Sequence record: OP558005.1
DNA: 64,000 bases
Reading direction: 5' to 3' (one strand)
Source of the DNA: Klebsiella phage vB_KpnM_VPA32
Part shown: in pieces, positions 1 through 8,357 of the stretch
Layout of the letters: each line of letters starts with the position of its first letter
Numbering within the stretch: position 1 is the first letter of the stretch
Notes under the pieces: model-generated
What the model saw: only the letters and a program-made list of their open reading frames with translations
The model's database searches: none
Told to the model about the DNA's origin: nothing
Program-made: the position numbers and the translations under genes

Positions 1-390
1 ACCAGCTACAGAAACATTCAACCAAGTGGTCTGGGATATTGATAACAATTTGCGCCATGTTGGCTCCAGAGAAATGACCTTACGGTCGTAAGTTACTAAG
101 CTTGAAGTTTTAATGCCCTTACATGGGCCAGAGATAAATTCAACTTCAAACCATGGGTGCTCATTCATCAGACGTACATCTGGTGAAGTGCATAGGAACA
201 ATGAACCTTTAAAAGGGCCATCTAAAAATCGATACAGTTTAGGTTCAAGAATGGATTTACCCGAAAATTTAATGTGAAACATGTCAATCAAAGTTTTCAC
301 ATTGCAGCTTCCGGTAGAACGTAAAAAGCGGATATAATCTCCGACACTCATATTAAGGGCCCGAAGGCCCTTATCGAAACTTTCTTTCAT
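1..390 (-). CDS. hypothetical protein, 5' portion of a minus-strand ORF that runs off the window edge (ATG at 390-388 overlaps the upstream stop as ATGA)
   Basis: No in-frame stop over 130 codons on the minus strand; ATGA coupling with the upstream gene; not in the ORF track because no stop falls inside the window. Confidence 0.5.
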   Translation of the reverse strand, partial: MKESFDKGLRALNMSVGDYIRFLRSTGSCNVKTLIDMFHIKFSGKSILEPKLYRFLDGPFKGSLFLCTSPDVRLMNEHPWFEVEFISGPCKGIKTSSLVTYDRKVISLEPTWRKLLSISQTTWLNVSVAG

Positions 391-944
391 CATTGCATTC
401 CTATCACAAAGAACAACGGTAACATTTCTTTACCAGTAACATGAGCTTGATTAATACAGGCATAAAACGGTCCTTTGAAATGGGCTTCATAGAATTTTTC
501 CATTTCAGGGAGTTTCATTGGTTCTTCTATAATATACAAAATTCTATTAAGCGTTCGGCCACGAGCCTTTGAACAACCATCGCTCAGAAAACTTCGCACA
601 GTGTCCATGATAATCATGCGTTTGGCTTCTTCTGGATTTGCTTGATGGATGAGTTCTTTCTCATAACAAGCTCGTATTCTTCTGGCTGTTTCTTCGGAGT
701 TTCGTTGATGGGTGCTAATAATCCAGACAGTTCCGCCGTCGTGTAACCAATCAGCTGCAAATTCAGCAACAGCTTTAGTTTTGCCTGACTGGCGTCCACC
801 ATCAATTTTTAGCGTAGCATATTCACGTAGAATATCTATAGGAGTGTAATGACTTTCTTTGAGGATTTCTATACAATCATCAGCACGGATTTTGAATGCG
901 TGCATCAGGGATAGATATGGAGCAAATAGAGATTTCATTTTCAT
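390..944 (-). CDS. P-loop NTPase of unknown function (Walker A GGRQSGKTKA, Walker B-like ILYIIEEP)
   Basis: Track ORF 390..983 starts with TTG; the first ATG (MKMKSLF) is at 944; Walker motifs seen in the translation. Confidence 0.55.
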   Translation of the reverse strand: MKMKSLFAPYLSLMHAFKIRADDCIEILKESHYTPIDILREYATLKIDGGRQSGKTKAVAEFAADWLHDGGTVWIISTHQRNSEETARRIRACYEKELIHQANPEEAKRMIIMDTVRSFLSDGCSKARGRTLNRILYIIEEPMKLPEMEKFYEAHFKGPFYACINQAHVTGKEMLPLFFVIGMQ

Positions 945-1135
945 AGAGTTACTTACCGTTAGTGAGGGCCTTCCATGGCTCAAGAATTTCCATCAGCTAG
1001 CGGGAGTGCTAGGACCCTGATTGTAACTGGCTTTACCGCACTTGGGCTCGACCTTTTCACAGGTACCAGAAGCTACTTCACTCAGAGGACACGACGTTCA
1101 TGAGGAGAGGTCCAGGTTGGCTTTTTGATTGAGGA

Positions 1136-1429
1136 TTAACTAAATGGGTCAACCAATTTATTGCCTTCACGACGGAAGACTTTAGCAGCAAATTTATTGG
1201 TTGGGTTATCAACCATAATTTTGCGCATATGACCGGTTGCTACAGTGCGGGCTGCTTTATATCCAGCGATATTATCCTTGATAGTTACGCGCTTACCACC
1301 GGGACCATCCGCAGTTACTTTCCAGACACCAGTGTCATCACCAGGTTTGATATTCTCAATCCAGATGTAACCGCCTTGTACTCGCTTTTGTTCAGCTGCT
1401 TCATTTAAAAATTCATTATAGGTTTTCAT
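1136..1429 (-). CDS. internal head protein-like (ipII-like) with N-terminal capsid-targeting sequence [11 protein letters not shown]
   Basis: Internal ATG at 1429 begins the T4 IP capsid-targeting consensus [11 protein letters not shown]; syntenic with ipIII/ipII downstream of e in T4; overlaps the e stop by 14 nt. Confidence 0.6.
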   Translation of the reverse strand: MKTYNEFLNEAAEQKRVQGGYIWIENIKPGDDTGVWKVTADGPGGKRVTIKDNIAGYKAARTVATGHMRKIMVDNPTNKFAAKVFRREGNKLVDPFS

Positions 1430-1910
1430 ATGCTTTCCATGTTCCAACTCGGAATGTTTCAATTACTCGTTTAGCACGATTTGGTGTCTGACGATACCAC
1501 TTGGAATTAGCAAGCTCTTTTGCAGCTGCTTCCCATTGTTTTGATTTAAGCAGACGCATTGATGCTGGGAAACCAGCTACACCTGCAACGCCCATCTGGA
1601 AAACCATATTAATGAGTGCAGCGCGACGAACTCCATCAAGTACATCATATACTGGTTTTAATACAGCATTTCCGAGAATCCCTCGAGTTGCTTTATCGAC
1701 ATCTTTCGCAAAAATAGCTTCTGCTTCAGCTTTTGTGATTTGACCATTACACGGACGCCCCACAAGCTTATCAAGTTCTCGTTTAGCAACATCAAGAGAA
1801 GGGTCACGAGTCAAAAGGTGACCGATACCGATTGTCCAAAAACCTTCGGTGTCTTTATAGATTTTAGAATCGTATCCTTCATCGATACGAAGCATGCCAA
1901 AAATGTCCAT
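1416..1910 (-). CDS. e: T4 lysozyme (endolysin) e
   Basis: 164 aa, [12 protein letters not shown]...[10 protein letters not shown] is near-identical in pattern to T4 lysozyme. Confidence 0.95.
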   Translation of the reverse strand: MDIFGMLRIDEGYDSKIYKDTEGFWTIGIGHLLTRDPSLDVAKRELDKLVGRPCNGQITKAEAEAIFAKDVDKATRGILGNAVLKPVYDVLDGVRRAALINMVFQMGVAGVAGFPASMRLLKSKQWEAAAKELANSKWYRQTPNRAKRVIETFRVGTWKAYENL

Positions 1911-1943
1911 GAGGACCTCCTATCAGTTGATAGGAGTATTTAT

Positions 1944-2423
1944 TTAGCATTCCCAAAGAGCGTCTTGAATGACCTTTGGATAAAGTTTTTGCATAACTGA
2001 GAATAAACTTGGACCCATTACTACATTCCACATACGCGGATGAATCAAAGCAAATGCATCGATTTCAGGGAATTCATTTCCGTCTTCATCTGTATGATAT
2101 GCTGTGCAAACACAATCTCTGAATTGAGAGTGTTCCACTGGATGCATGTATTGGAAAAGATGTATATCTTTATTGCTAGCATAATCATGACGACCTAGGT
2201 CAACCAGTAAACTCTGGTCGTAATCAACAAAGCCGGTTTCTTCACGACATTCGCGAATAGCTGCTTCAATAGGTGTTTCACCTTCTTCAATATGACCCTT
2301 TGGAATATCCCAGCGTGATGGCCCACCGCCTAATCCAGAATTAGTCACTCTTCCCATGAATAGTTCGTAGTCTTCGGTAAAGAAGATAATTCCTGCAGAG
2401 ACTTCTTTAATTTTCTTACTCAA
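1944..2423 (-). CDS. nudE: Nudix hydrolase NudE (e.1)
   Basis: Nudix box GHIEEGETPIEAAIRECREETG; sits next to e as in T4; TTG start with a strong GGGGTGA Shine-Dalgarno and TTGA overlap with the upstream stop. Confidence 0.85.
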   Translation of the reverse strand: MSKKIKEVSAGIIFFTEDYELFMGRVTNSGLGGGPSRWDIPKGHIEEGETPIEAAIRECREETGFVDYDQSLLVDLGRHDYASNKDIHLFQYMHPVEHSQFRDCVCTAYHTDEDGNEFPEIDAFALIHPRMWNVVMGPSLFSVMQKLYPKVIQDALWEC

Positions 2424-2650
2424 ATTTCACCCCAACTAATTTCACGAAGTCTTTGCATGATTGACTCAACTTCTTCAATCATATCTTCATCACAGTCAAA
2501 CGAACCTTCTACCATCCAATCACTAATTGGAGTGAACATTTCCAGGTCCGTAGCAAGACGATTACGAATATCATCAACTGACTCATTATCATTAAAAGAG
2601 TACAAATAAGAATCAGCTGATTCGGATTTTACAAATACTGCAATACTCAT
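2420..2650 (-). CDS. hypothetical protein (e.2-region)
   Basis: ORF with ATG, translationally coupled to neighbours. Confidence 0.55.
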   Translation of the reverse strand: MSIAVFVKSESADSYLYSFNDNESVDDIRNRLATDLEMFTPISDWMVEGSFDCDEDMIEEVESIMQRLREISWGEI

Positions 2651-2958
2651 ACCTTTTCCTCTAAGAAGTCCGACAGCTTAAAATCTTTACGGTCCATCAG
2701 ACCGTAATGAATGTTCTTCAGCGTATCGTACATGTCCCAGTACTTTTCTTTTAGCATATTACCAAATGGTGGAATGTAAAGCTTATCCCATTTAGCAGCT
2801 AATTGGCCGCTGCGCAGTTCTCCTGGAACATTTTCAACGATACGTAAAACTTTAGTTGCAACCTCATAATCGGATGGCGGAATCCATCCCCAATTATGAT
2901 GGACTGAACCGTTAATTTCGCCATTCAGCGAAGTAAAAATTGTAGCTGGACAACTCAT
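2647..2958 (-). CDS. hypothetical protein
   Basis: ORF with ATG, overlapping ATGA-type coupling. Confidence 0.55.
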   Translation of the reverse strand: MSCPATIFTSLNGEINGSVHHNWGWIPPSDYEVATKVLRIVENVPGELRSGQLAAKWDKLYIPPFGNMLKEKYWDMYDTLKNIHYGLMDRKDFKLSDFLEEKV

Positions 2959-3317
2959 CGTGTACCTCTAATACCTTGAATGAAATTTAAAGCATCTTCA
3001 CCTGGTGGAACTTCTTTAGGCTTAGATTTCGATTTAAAGAGTTTCCATTCTCGTTTTTGGTCAAAAGTTCTTCGTTGAACCTGACCGAGATAAAATAACC
3101 ACTTTCCAATCCAGTAGAATGGAGTTAAAATTCCGGCCATCCAACCGACGAAAAGTAATTGTTCTCCATACAGAGGACTAAAGAAGTACAATCCCCAATA
3201 TAAACCAAATCCATTAAGCATTGTGAACATAAAGCAAATAATAATAGTGCCAATAGTCCATCCGAAATTATCATATGAACCAGCATCTTTGAATCCGCGA
3301 AATAATGTTTTAATCAT
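2955..3317 (-). CDS. small membrane protein (2-3 predicted TM helices)
   Basis: Hydrophobic stretches IIICFMFTMLNGFGLYWGLYFF and VGWMAGILTPFYWIG. Confidence 0.55.
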   Translation of the reverse strand: MIKTLFRGFKDAGSYDNFGWTIGTIIICFMFTMLNGFGLYWGLYFFSPLYGEQLLFVGWMAGILTPFYWIGKWLFYLGQVQRRTFDQKREWKLFKSKSKPKEVPPGEDALNFIQGIRGTR

Positions 3318-3652
3318 CGTTTAATCCTGCATCTGGAGATAAAGTTCTCTAAATTTTGTTTGTCGTCGTAAATGGCCTTGGCTTTAGTAAACAGTTTAAC
3401 ATGAATTTTACAATAGCACCATTTGATAAAAGAATCTAAAACTATTACCACGAATAATGAGCATAAAGCACTTAGTGGTACAGAGATAATCATTTCAGCT
3501 ACAAATCCATTGAACCACCAAACTACGAAATTTGATATGAAGACAGTAAGTATAATAATTGCCCAACAAACGTCGTCCTCATATTTCGACTTGAATCTAT
3601 CTTCAATTTCTCGTTCAAAATGTCTGATATTCATTTTAGGATTGTATTTCAT
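3314..3652 (-). CDS. small membrane protein
   Basis: TM-like segments WAIIILTVFISNFVVWWF and ISVPLSALCSLFVVIVL. Confidence 0.55.
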   Translation of the reverse strand: MKYNPKMNIRHFEREIEDRFKSKYEDDVCWAIIILTVFISNFVVWWFNGFVAEMIISVPLSALCSLFVVIVLDSFIKWCYCKIHVKLFTKAKAIYDDKQNLENFISRCRIKR

Positions 3653-3993
3653 TTTTTACCTCGACATTCCGCAATGAATTCTTCTGATTCTCGGATTATT
3701 CTATTACGAATAACTTTAGCGTTCTGTTCAGCTAAGCGTTTATTTTCTGGTCGCATCACCCACCAAATTGCAATCTTGGGAGCTTTATTGTTTGACCAAA
3801 TCATAAAAGGTATAGCTATAAAAATAGATGTGACGAACCAAATTGGAGCATATGGGTCAGGTAAAAGAATAGAAGGAAAGAAACACAATGCCACCGTAAT
3901 TACAGATGCAGCAAGACAAACCATCATATGCCAAAAGTCTGCTTTTTCTTCAAGTTCTCTTAATTCGCTTCTTGGCTGATATCCCATGATCAT
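3649..3993 (-). CDS. small membrane protein
   Basis: TM-like segments MMVCLAASVITVALCFF and IWFVTSIFIAIPFMIW. Confidence 0.55.
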   Translation of the reverse strand: MIMGYQPRSELRELEEKADFWHMMVCLAASVITVALCFFPSILLPDPYAPIWFVTSIFIAIPFMIWSNNKAPKIAIWWVMRPENKRLAEQNAKVIRNRIIRESEEFIAECRGKK

Positions 3994-4364
3994 TTCCTCG
4001 CTTTACGGCAGTCATTAATAAAGCATTCAAACCGTTCAACTTTGCTGAGCTTTGACACTATTTTATTTCTTCGCATGCCAATTAAAATTTGTGCAATCAC
4101 GTTAACAAATTCACCAATCAACATAACAATGATACCAAACATTCCCCAACCAAAGCATGTAAATGCAGCCATTGCTCCAGCTGAATCAGCTCTTTCTTCT
4201 TTTGGAAGATTTGTAATATCAGACCAACCCCAAAATACAATAATTCCGTATAGTGTCAATGCAACACACCAGCAGAGCTTTTCATTTCTGGTCAAAATAT
4301 ATCTGACTTTGGTTGAAAGAGAATCCGTTTTAGCAATTTTAGCTTTAAGTTCAGTTGAATTCAT
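3990..4364 (-). CDS. small membrane protein
   Basis: TM-like segments WCVALTLYGIIVFWGW and FGWGMFGIIVMLIGEFV. Confidence 0.55.
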   Translation of the reverse strand: MNSTELKAKIAKTDSLSTKVRYILTRNEKLCWCVALTLYGIIVFWGWSDITNLPKEERADSAGAMAAFTCFGWGMFGIIVMLIGEFVNVIAQILIGMRRNKIVSKLSKVERFECFINDCRKARK

Positions 4365-4397
4365 TTTATTTTCCTCATAGGGCCCGAAGGCCCTTTA

Positions 4398-5315
4398 TCA
4401 TTTAAACGGACGAATCATATCAAAGTTTTGTTTAAAGCGTTTGACATAATCTGTCTTTCCAAGTTTCTTATGCATTGCAACTATCTTATGGTAGTTTTCC
4501 CATGCATATTCACGAAACCAGCCAGATGTAATGCTAGTACAAACTTTTTCCAAAGCGTACATAAATGAACCCGTAGGGTCTGGGTTGAAATTATTTGGAA
4601 TTTGATGACGTTCTAAAGCAAGTACACAAGTTTCTTCATATACGCCTGCAAGCTTGAGTTCTTCAGGAAGAGAATCAAATTTCTCTTTTGAAGTCATTAC
4701 TTCAGAGCCATCTTTCATGTAGAAGGTATAAGCAGGACGCCCAGCTAAGGCCACTGCTTCGTGAATTGAATCGTGGTCATAGATGTAAAAATCATCTTTG
4801 AAGAAAGAATCTTTATCTACATCCAAATTAGGATGAGAATATGCTAACGTTTCTTTCTGGCGCAGTTCAGAAATCTTTTTCAGTTTACTGTCTAAAACAA
4901 TTCCTTTATTACGCAAGAAACGAATATGATGCATAGTCTTTTGGAAGAAACGAGTGTTCTTCTTGAATCGGTGAGACATCTTAATTGCTAAGCACATCTC
5001 AGGAGTTGCCCAATACATCTGTGAAAGCGCATCATAGCATCCATTAAATACTGCGTAGTGAGCAAGCAGTTCAGACGAACTTTCGTCATTATATTCAAAA
5101 ATGTATGCTTCAAAATAAGTCTCACGACCGTTGTGCATACATTTGAAAGCGCGTACATTAGGAGATTGAACTTCAACCTCTGTGCCGTTCATACGGTTTT
5201 TGAAATGAAGCCATTCACCTGGAGACGCAATGAAGTCCCAATCAGAATTCTTAACATCACTGTACTCAATGAGTCCATGGTGGTGTAGAGCTCTAGAACC
5301 AATAACCAGCAACAT
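4398..5315 (-). CDS. hypothetical 305-aa protein with an N-terminal Pol-beta-like nucleotidyltransferase signature (IGSRAL...SDWDF)
   Basis: GS...DxD motif near the N-terminus; long helical C-terminal region; no T4 counterpart recognised. Confidence 0.5.
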   Translation of the reverse strand: MLLVIGSRALHHHGLIEYSDVKNSDWDFIASPGEWLHFKNRMNGTEVEVQSPNVRAFKCMHNGRETYFEAYIFEYNDESSSELLAHYAVFNGCYDALSQMYWATPEMCLAIKMSHRFKKNTRFFQKTMHHIRFLRNKGIVLDSKLKKISELRQKETLAYSHPNLDVDKDSFFKDDFYIYDHDSIHEAVALAGRPAYTFYMKDGSEVMTSKEKFDSLPEELKLAGVYEETCVLALERHQIPNNFNPDPTGSFMYALEKVCTSITSGWFREYAWENYHKIVAMHKKLGKTDYVKRFKQNFDMIRPFK

Positions 5316-5344
5316 AATATTTTCCTCTTTAGAATGTAGAACTA

Positions 5345-5740
5345 CTATAACACATTTGACTGGTGTTGTAAACGGTTCTTTCTACACATTCTGATGAAGT
5401 TTTCAATAGGCTCTTCTGGTCTATTGGCTGGATAGCATTTCTTCCAGTTCCAACCGCCTAGTAAGTCAAAGATTTGGTCAGGAAGAGAATCCCATGGATG
5501 CTCTCTTTCGCGGAGTTGAAGCACAATATCACCGGCTGCTTCTCTAATTCCAGTATCAAGTTTTCCATTACAAATCACGACATCCATGAGTACTGCAAGA
5601 CAACAACTATCATGGCTTCCGTATTTGTTCGGATAGTAGAAATAATGGTCAATAATGTAGCAGCAATTACGGTCTAAACCTTTCATAGTGTTCCTCCAGT
5701 GATTCTGGGGAAACTTTTCAGTCTCCCCATATATTACCAT
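5345..5740 (-). CDS. hypothetical Cys-rich protein
   Basis: ORF with ATG; start may be the internal MKGLDRN. Confidence 0.45.
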   Translation of the reverse strand: MVIYGETEKFPQNHWRNTMKGLDRNCCYIIDHYFYYPNKYGSHDSCCLAVLMDVVICNGKLDTGIREAAGDIVLQLREREHPWDSLPDQIFDLLGGWNWKKCYPANRPEEPIENFIRMCRKNRLQHQSNVL

Positions 5741-5973
5741 TAACAGCTGCTAGTGTACCACACAGAGCCGTCCTCGTTAACCCCAAAGGTCTCAGAGTTA
5801 CCTTCGCCGTAACAGTCGGAAGACTGCCAATCATTGAAAGTCAAATAACCACCAGAAACTTCCATACCAAAAGAAGCTTCATTCGCCATAGTTTCAAGCT
5901 TACCAAGAAGCTTAGCTACTTCAACTGCTACTTCTTCAATTTCTTGACGTTTTTCTTCACGAGTTTTAGACAT
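5740..5973 (-). CDS. hypothetical acidic protein
   Basis: ORF with ATG, ATGA coupling at 5740. Confidence 0.5.
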   Translation of the reverse strand: MSKTREEKRQEIEEVAVEVAKLLGKLETMANEASFGMEVSGGYLTFNDWQSSDCYGEGNSETFGVNEDGSVWYTSSC

Positions 5974-5981
5974 AATTTACC

Positions 5982-6266
5982 TTAGCACATATCAGAGGAA
6001 GAAAGCCAAACGCCTTCTACGAGTTTTTCATTTTCATCAACTTCTACACCATGATGACCTACAAGCCAGTGAGCATCATAACCAACTGGATAATAAGTAC
6101 GACCACTTCCGTAATCACCTACATCAAAAGTCAAACAATGCTCATCAGCAATAACTTCAGCAGCTTGTTCAATTTCTTCTGACCGCTCCAGAAGTTTTGC
6201 AATTGCTGCGGCAGCAGATTTACGGTCATTATATTCAGGAATTTCAATCTGAATCACTTTATTCAT
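5982..6266 (-). CDS. hypothetical protein
   Basis: Track ORF extends to 6320, but the ATG at 6266 (MNKVIQ) avoids a 60-nt overlap with the upstream gene. Confidence 0.5.
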   Translation of the reverse strand: MNKVIQIEIPEYNDRKSAAAAIAKLLERSEEIEQAAEVIADEHCLTFDVGDYGSGRTYYPVGYDAHWLVGHHGVEVDENEKLVEGVWLSSSDMC

Positions 6267-6912
6267 TTCTTGCTCTCTTTGCAATCTGCCCACGGCAGTA
6301 GTTAATGAAATCGGAAACATCTGCTCCGATATGGCTTCCAGGAATCTGGAGTTTTTCTACAAGCTTATTCATTTCAGCTGAAAAGTGCTTAACAAGATAT
6401 TCCCGTGAAGGACCACGGAAGGCTTGAGCCTCTTCAAGAAGACTGTCACAAATGAATGAGAAAATAAACTTTCCGCCACGAGTATTGTAATGAACTTCAA
6501 TAGCTCCGCAGAACCAATGACCCATTGAATAACGAGTTCCTTCGTCTTCTTTACGAACTTCAGAAGTCAAGTTATTCAACGAAATTGATGAATAATGATA
6601 CGAATATGCGCCTTTATAAGCGATACTGCATCCATCGGCAATTAAAGCAGAAAGAATACGACGAACATCTTTCAGGCTGTTGATGTAAACGTGACCTGGA
6701 ACTTTTCGTTCTTTAAGTTGATGGTCATCCATACGTAAAGAATAATCATCGTATGGTGGAGCCAGAGGTTCAATGATATTGATTAAGCGCTTTGGCATAC
6801 CAGAATATTCTAATTGGCCACGAACATATTTCCCAAACTTATTTCCAGTAGAAACTTTTGTCTCTCCGGAATCTTTCTTCTTTGGTTCATGAAAATCATC
6901 ATAAAAAGCCAT
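6259..6912 (-). CDS. hypothetical 217-aa protein
   Basis: ORF with a good Shine-Dalgarno (AGAGGAGAAcattATG). Confidence 0.55.
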   Translation of the reverse strand: MAFYDDFHEPKKKDSGETKVSTGNKFGKYVRGQLEYSGMPKRLINIIEPLAPPYDDYSLRMDDHQLKERKVPGHVYINSLKDVRRILSALIADGCSIAYKGAYSYHYSSISLNNLTSEVRKEDEGTRYSMGHWFCGAIEVHYNTRGGKFIFSFICDSLLEEAQAFRGPSREYLVKHFSAEMNKLVEKLQIPGSHIGADVSDFINYCRGQIAKRARNE

Positions 6913-6935
6913 AATGTTCTCCTCTTATTATCCCG

Positions 6936-6958
6936 AAAACCGGGAATTTCTCCCCGGT
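6936..6958 (-). terminator. terminator after the PspA-like gene (minus strand)
   Basis: On the minus strand, CCGGGGAGAAATTCCCGG followed by TTTTCGGG. Confidence 0.5.
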
Positions 6959-6965
6959 GTATTTC

Positions 6966-7568
6966 TTAGCCTTTCAGACTTTCCAGATATTCCTGGAGGT
7001 CAGCGGTGGTGGTTTCAATACCGACCGGAGTGGTGTTGAAGGTATCAATACGAGACAGGGTAGTCTGTACATCAACTTTCATCAGAGATGCAGATTCGAT
7101 GATATCTGCTACGTTGTCCAGACCCATGGAGTTGGCGGCACGAGTTTCACGGATGTACTCGAGTTTCACCTTAAGGTCTTCACGCTGGTCGTCCAGAGCT
7201 ACGACAGTAGTTTCAATTTCAGTAAGCATCTGTTTCAGTTCAGCTGCTTTGTTACGCAGAGCTTCTGCAGTACGACGATACAGAAGACCAAGTTTAGCGT
7301 GGGTCTGTACGTCAGCGTTAGGATTTTCAGCCAGAATGCGGCGAATTTCTTTTTCTTTGCTTTCAGCCTGTGCATCTTTTTCAGCAGCAGCTTTGGTTTT
7401 GTCATTGATTTCGCGAGTAGCGGTCACGTGACGAGTTTTCAGTTTGTGAACTTCAGAGATAATCTGCTCAGCAGCATGTGTCATCTGGTCTTCAACCGAA
7501 GTGTTCTTGGTCATGAAGGTGCCCAGTTTGATGCGGATGAATTCAACAATTTTCTTCAGAATAGCCAT
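6966..7568 (-). CDS. coiled-coil protein, PspA/IM30-like pattern
   Basis: 200 aa, heptad-rich, N-terminal amphipathic helix MAILKKIVEFIRIKLGTFM resembles PspA/Vipp1; followed by a terminator. Confidence 0.5.
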   Translation of the reverse strand: MAILKKIVEFIRIKLGTFMTKNTSVEDQMTHAAEQIISEVHKLKTRHVTATREINDKTKAAAEKDAQAESKEKEIRRILAENPNADVQTHAKLGLLYRRTAEALRNKAAELKQMLTEIETTVVALDDQREDLKVKLEYIRETRAANSMGLDNVADIIESASLMKVDVQTTLSRIDTFNTTPVGIETTTADLQEYLESLKG

Positions 7569-7622
7569 GTTTATTTCCTTTTTGTTTAGAGATTTGAATT
7601 TTATACTCTGTATTGTAAAGCA

Positions 7623-7823
7623 TTAAATTTTATCACCGAAGATAACTTCAGCGGTACACCAGTGTGCATTAACATACTCAACGATATCAGTCATTTTCTT
7701 ACTTTCAACGATGTTAGTTACGTGGTACTCGTGTTCGCCTCTATTGAGTATTGCTCGGAACTTCTCAAAGCGACCGAAATCATCAGTTATTTCATTAATG
7801 GTTACTGTATTGAATTTAGCCAT
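7623..7823 (-). CDS. hypothetical protein
   Basis: 66-aa ORF with ATG. Confidence 0.4.
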   Translation of the reverse strand: MAKFNTVTINEITDDFGRFEKFRAILNRGEHEYHVTNIVESKKMTDIVEYVNAHWCTAEVIFGDKI

Positions 7824-7894
7824 GATTTATTCTCCGATTCAATTTTGTTTTGATGAGGTAATAATACCACACTACCTCATCATTGTAAACAATT

Positions 7895-8155
7895 TTATTT
7901 CATTTTGTTGAAATATTTTTCAGCTGCTTCGTCATCTTTATGGTAGGTCTTAGTCAAAGCTACCGGGCGAACGTTGAAAGTGTTAAGAGAATCACGAGCA
8001 ATCACGATAGTAAACCAACGGCCATCATCATTACCTAAAGCAGCATAACGATAAGTGTCCCATACGAATTGCTTAATGCTTTTGATATCATTCAAAGAAT
8101 TTGCTAAATCTGAATGACCGTTCTTAGCAAGTTTTTCTGTGATGATGTTGAACAT
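7895..8155 (-). CDS. hypothetical protein
   Basis: 86-aa ORF; Shine-Dalgarno GGAGTAAAG; sigma70-like promoter upstream. Confidence 0.5.
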   Translation of the reverse strand: MFNIITEKLAKNGHSDLANSLNDIKSIKQFVWDTYRYAALGNDDGRWFTIVIARDSLNTFNVRPVALTKTYHKDDEAAEKYFNKMK

Positions 8156-8187
8156 TTTCTTTACTCCGTTTGTTTTTTGATGGAGCT

Positions 8188-8216
8188 ATAATAACACATC
8201 TAGAACCAATGTAAAC
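8188..8216 (-). promoter_or_regulatory. sigma70-like early promoter (TTTACA - 17 nt - TATTAT) on the minus strand upstream of ORF 7895..8155
   Basis: Hexamers and spacing seen in the reverse complement. Confidence 0.35.
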
Positions 8217-8315
8217 GGCTGAAGTGAAAGATTTTAAAGAAGAGATTTGGATTCACCAGAACGGTTGAGAGGAACTTTCTAGAAGGGAATGATTAAACCA
8301 TTGGCTATACATACA

Positions 8316-8352
8316 AAAATGCCCTGAGTGTCATAGAGATACCCAGGGCATT
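8316..8352 (-). terminator. terminator after the ipIII-like gene (minus strand)
   Basis: On the minus strand, ATGCCCTG...CAGGGCAT followed by TTTTTG. Confidence 0.55.
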
Positions 8353-8357
8353 AAATC

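Noticed and set aside
984-1135. 150-nt GC-rich ORF-free segment as a tRNA or group I intron
   Set aside because: No T-loop, no P7/P3-like intron core recognisable by eye; more likely a structured 5' UTR. Left as an open question.
6957-7589. 210-aa plus-strand ORF (and 7006..7431) opposite the PspA-like gene
   Set aside because: Antisense to an ORF with a clear terminator and operon context on the minus strand; F/S-rich low-complexity translation.
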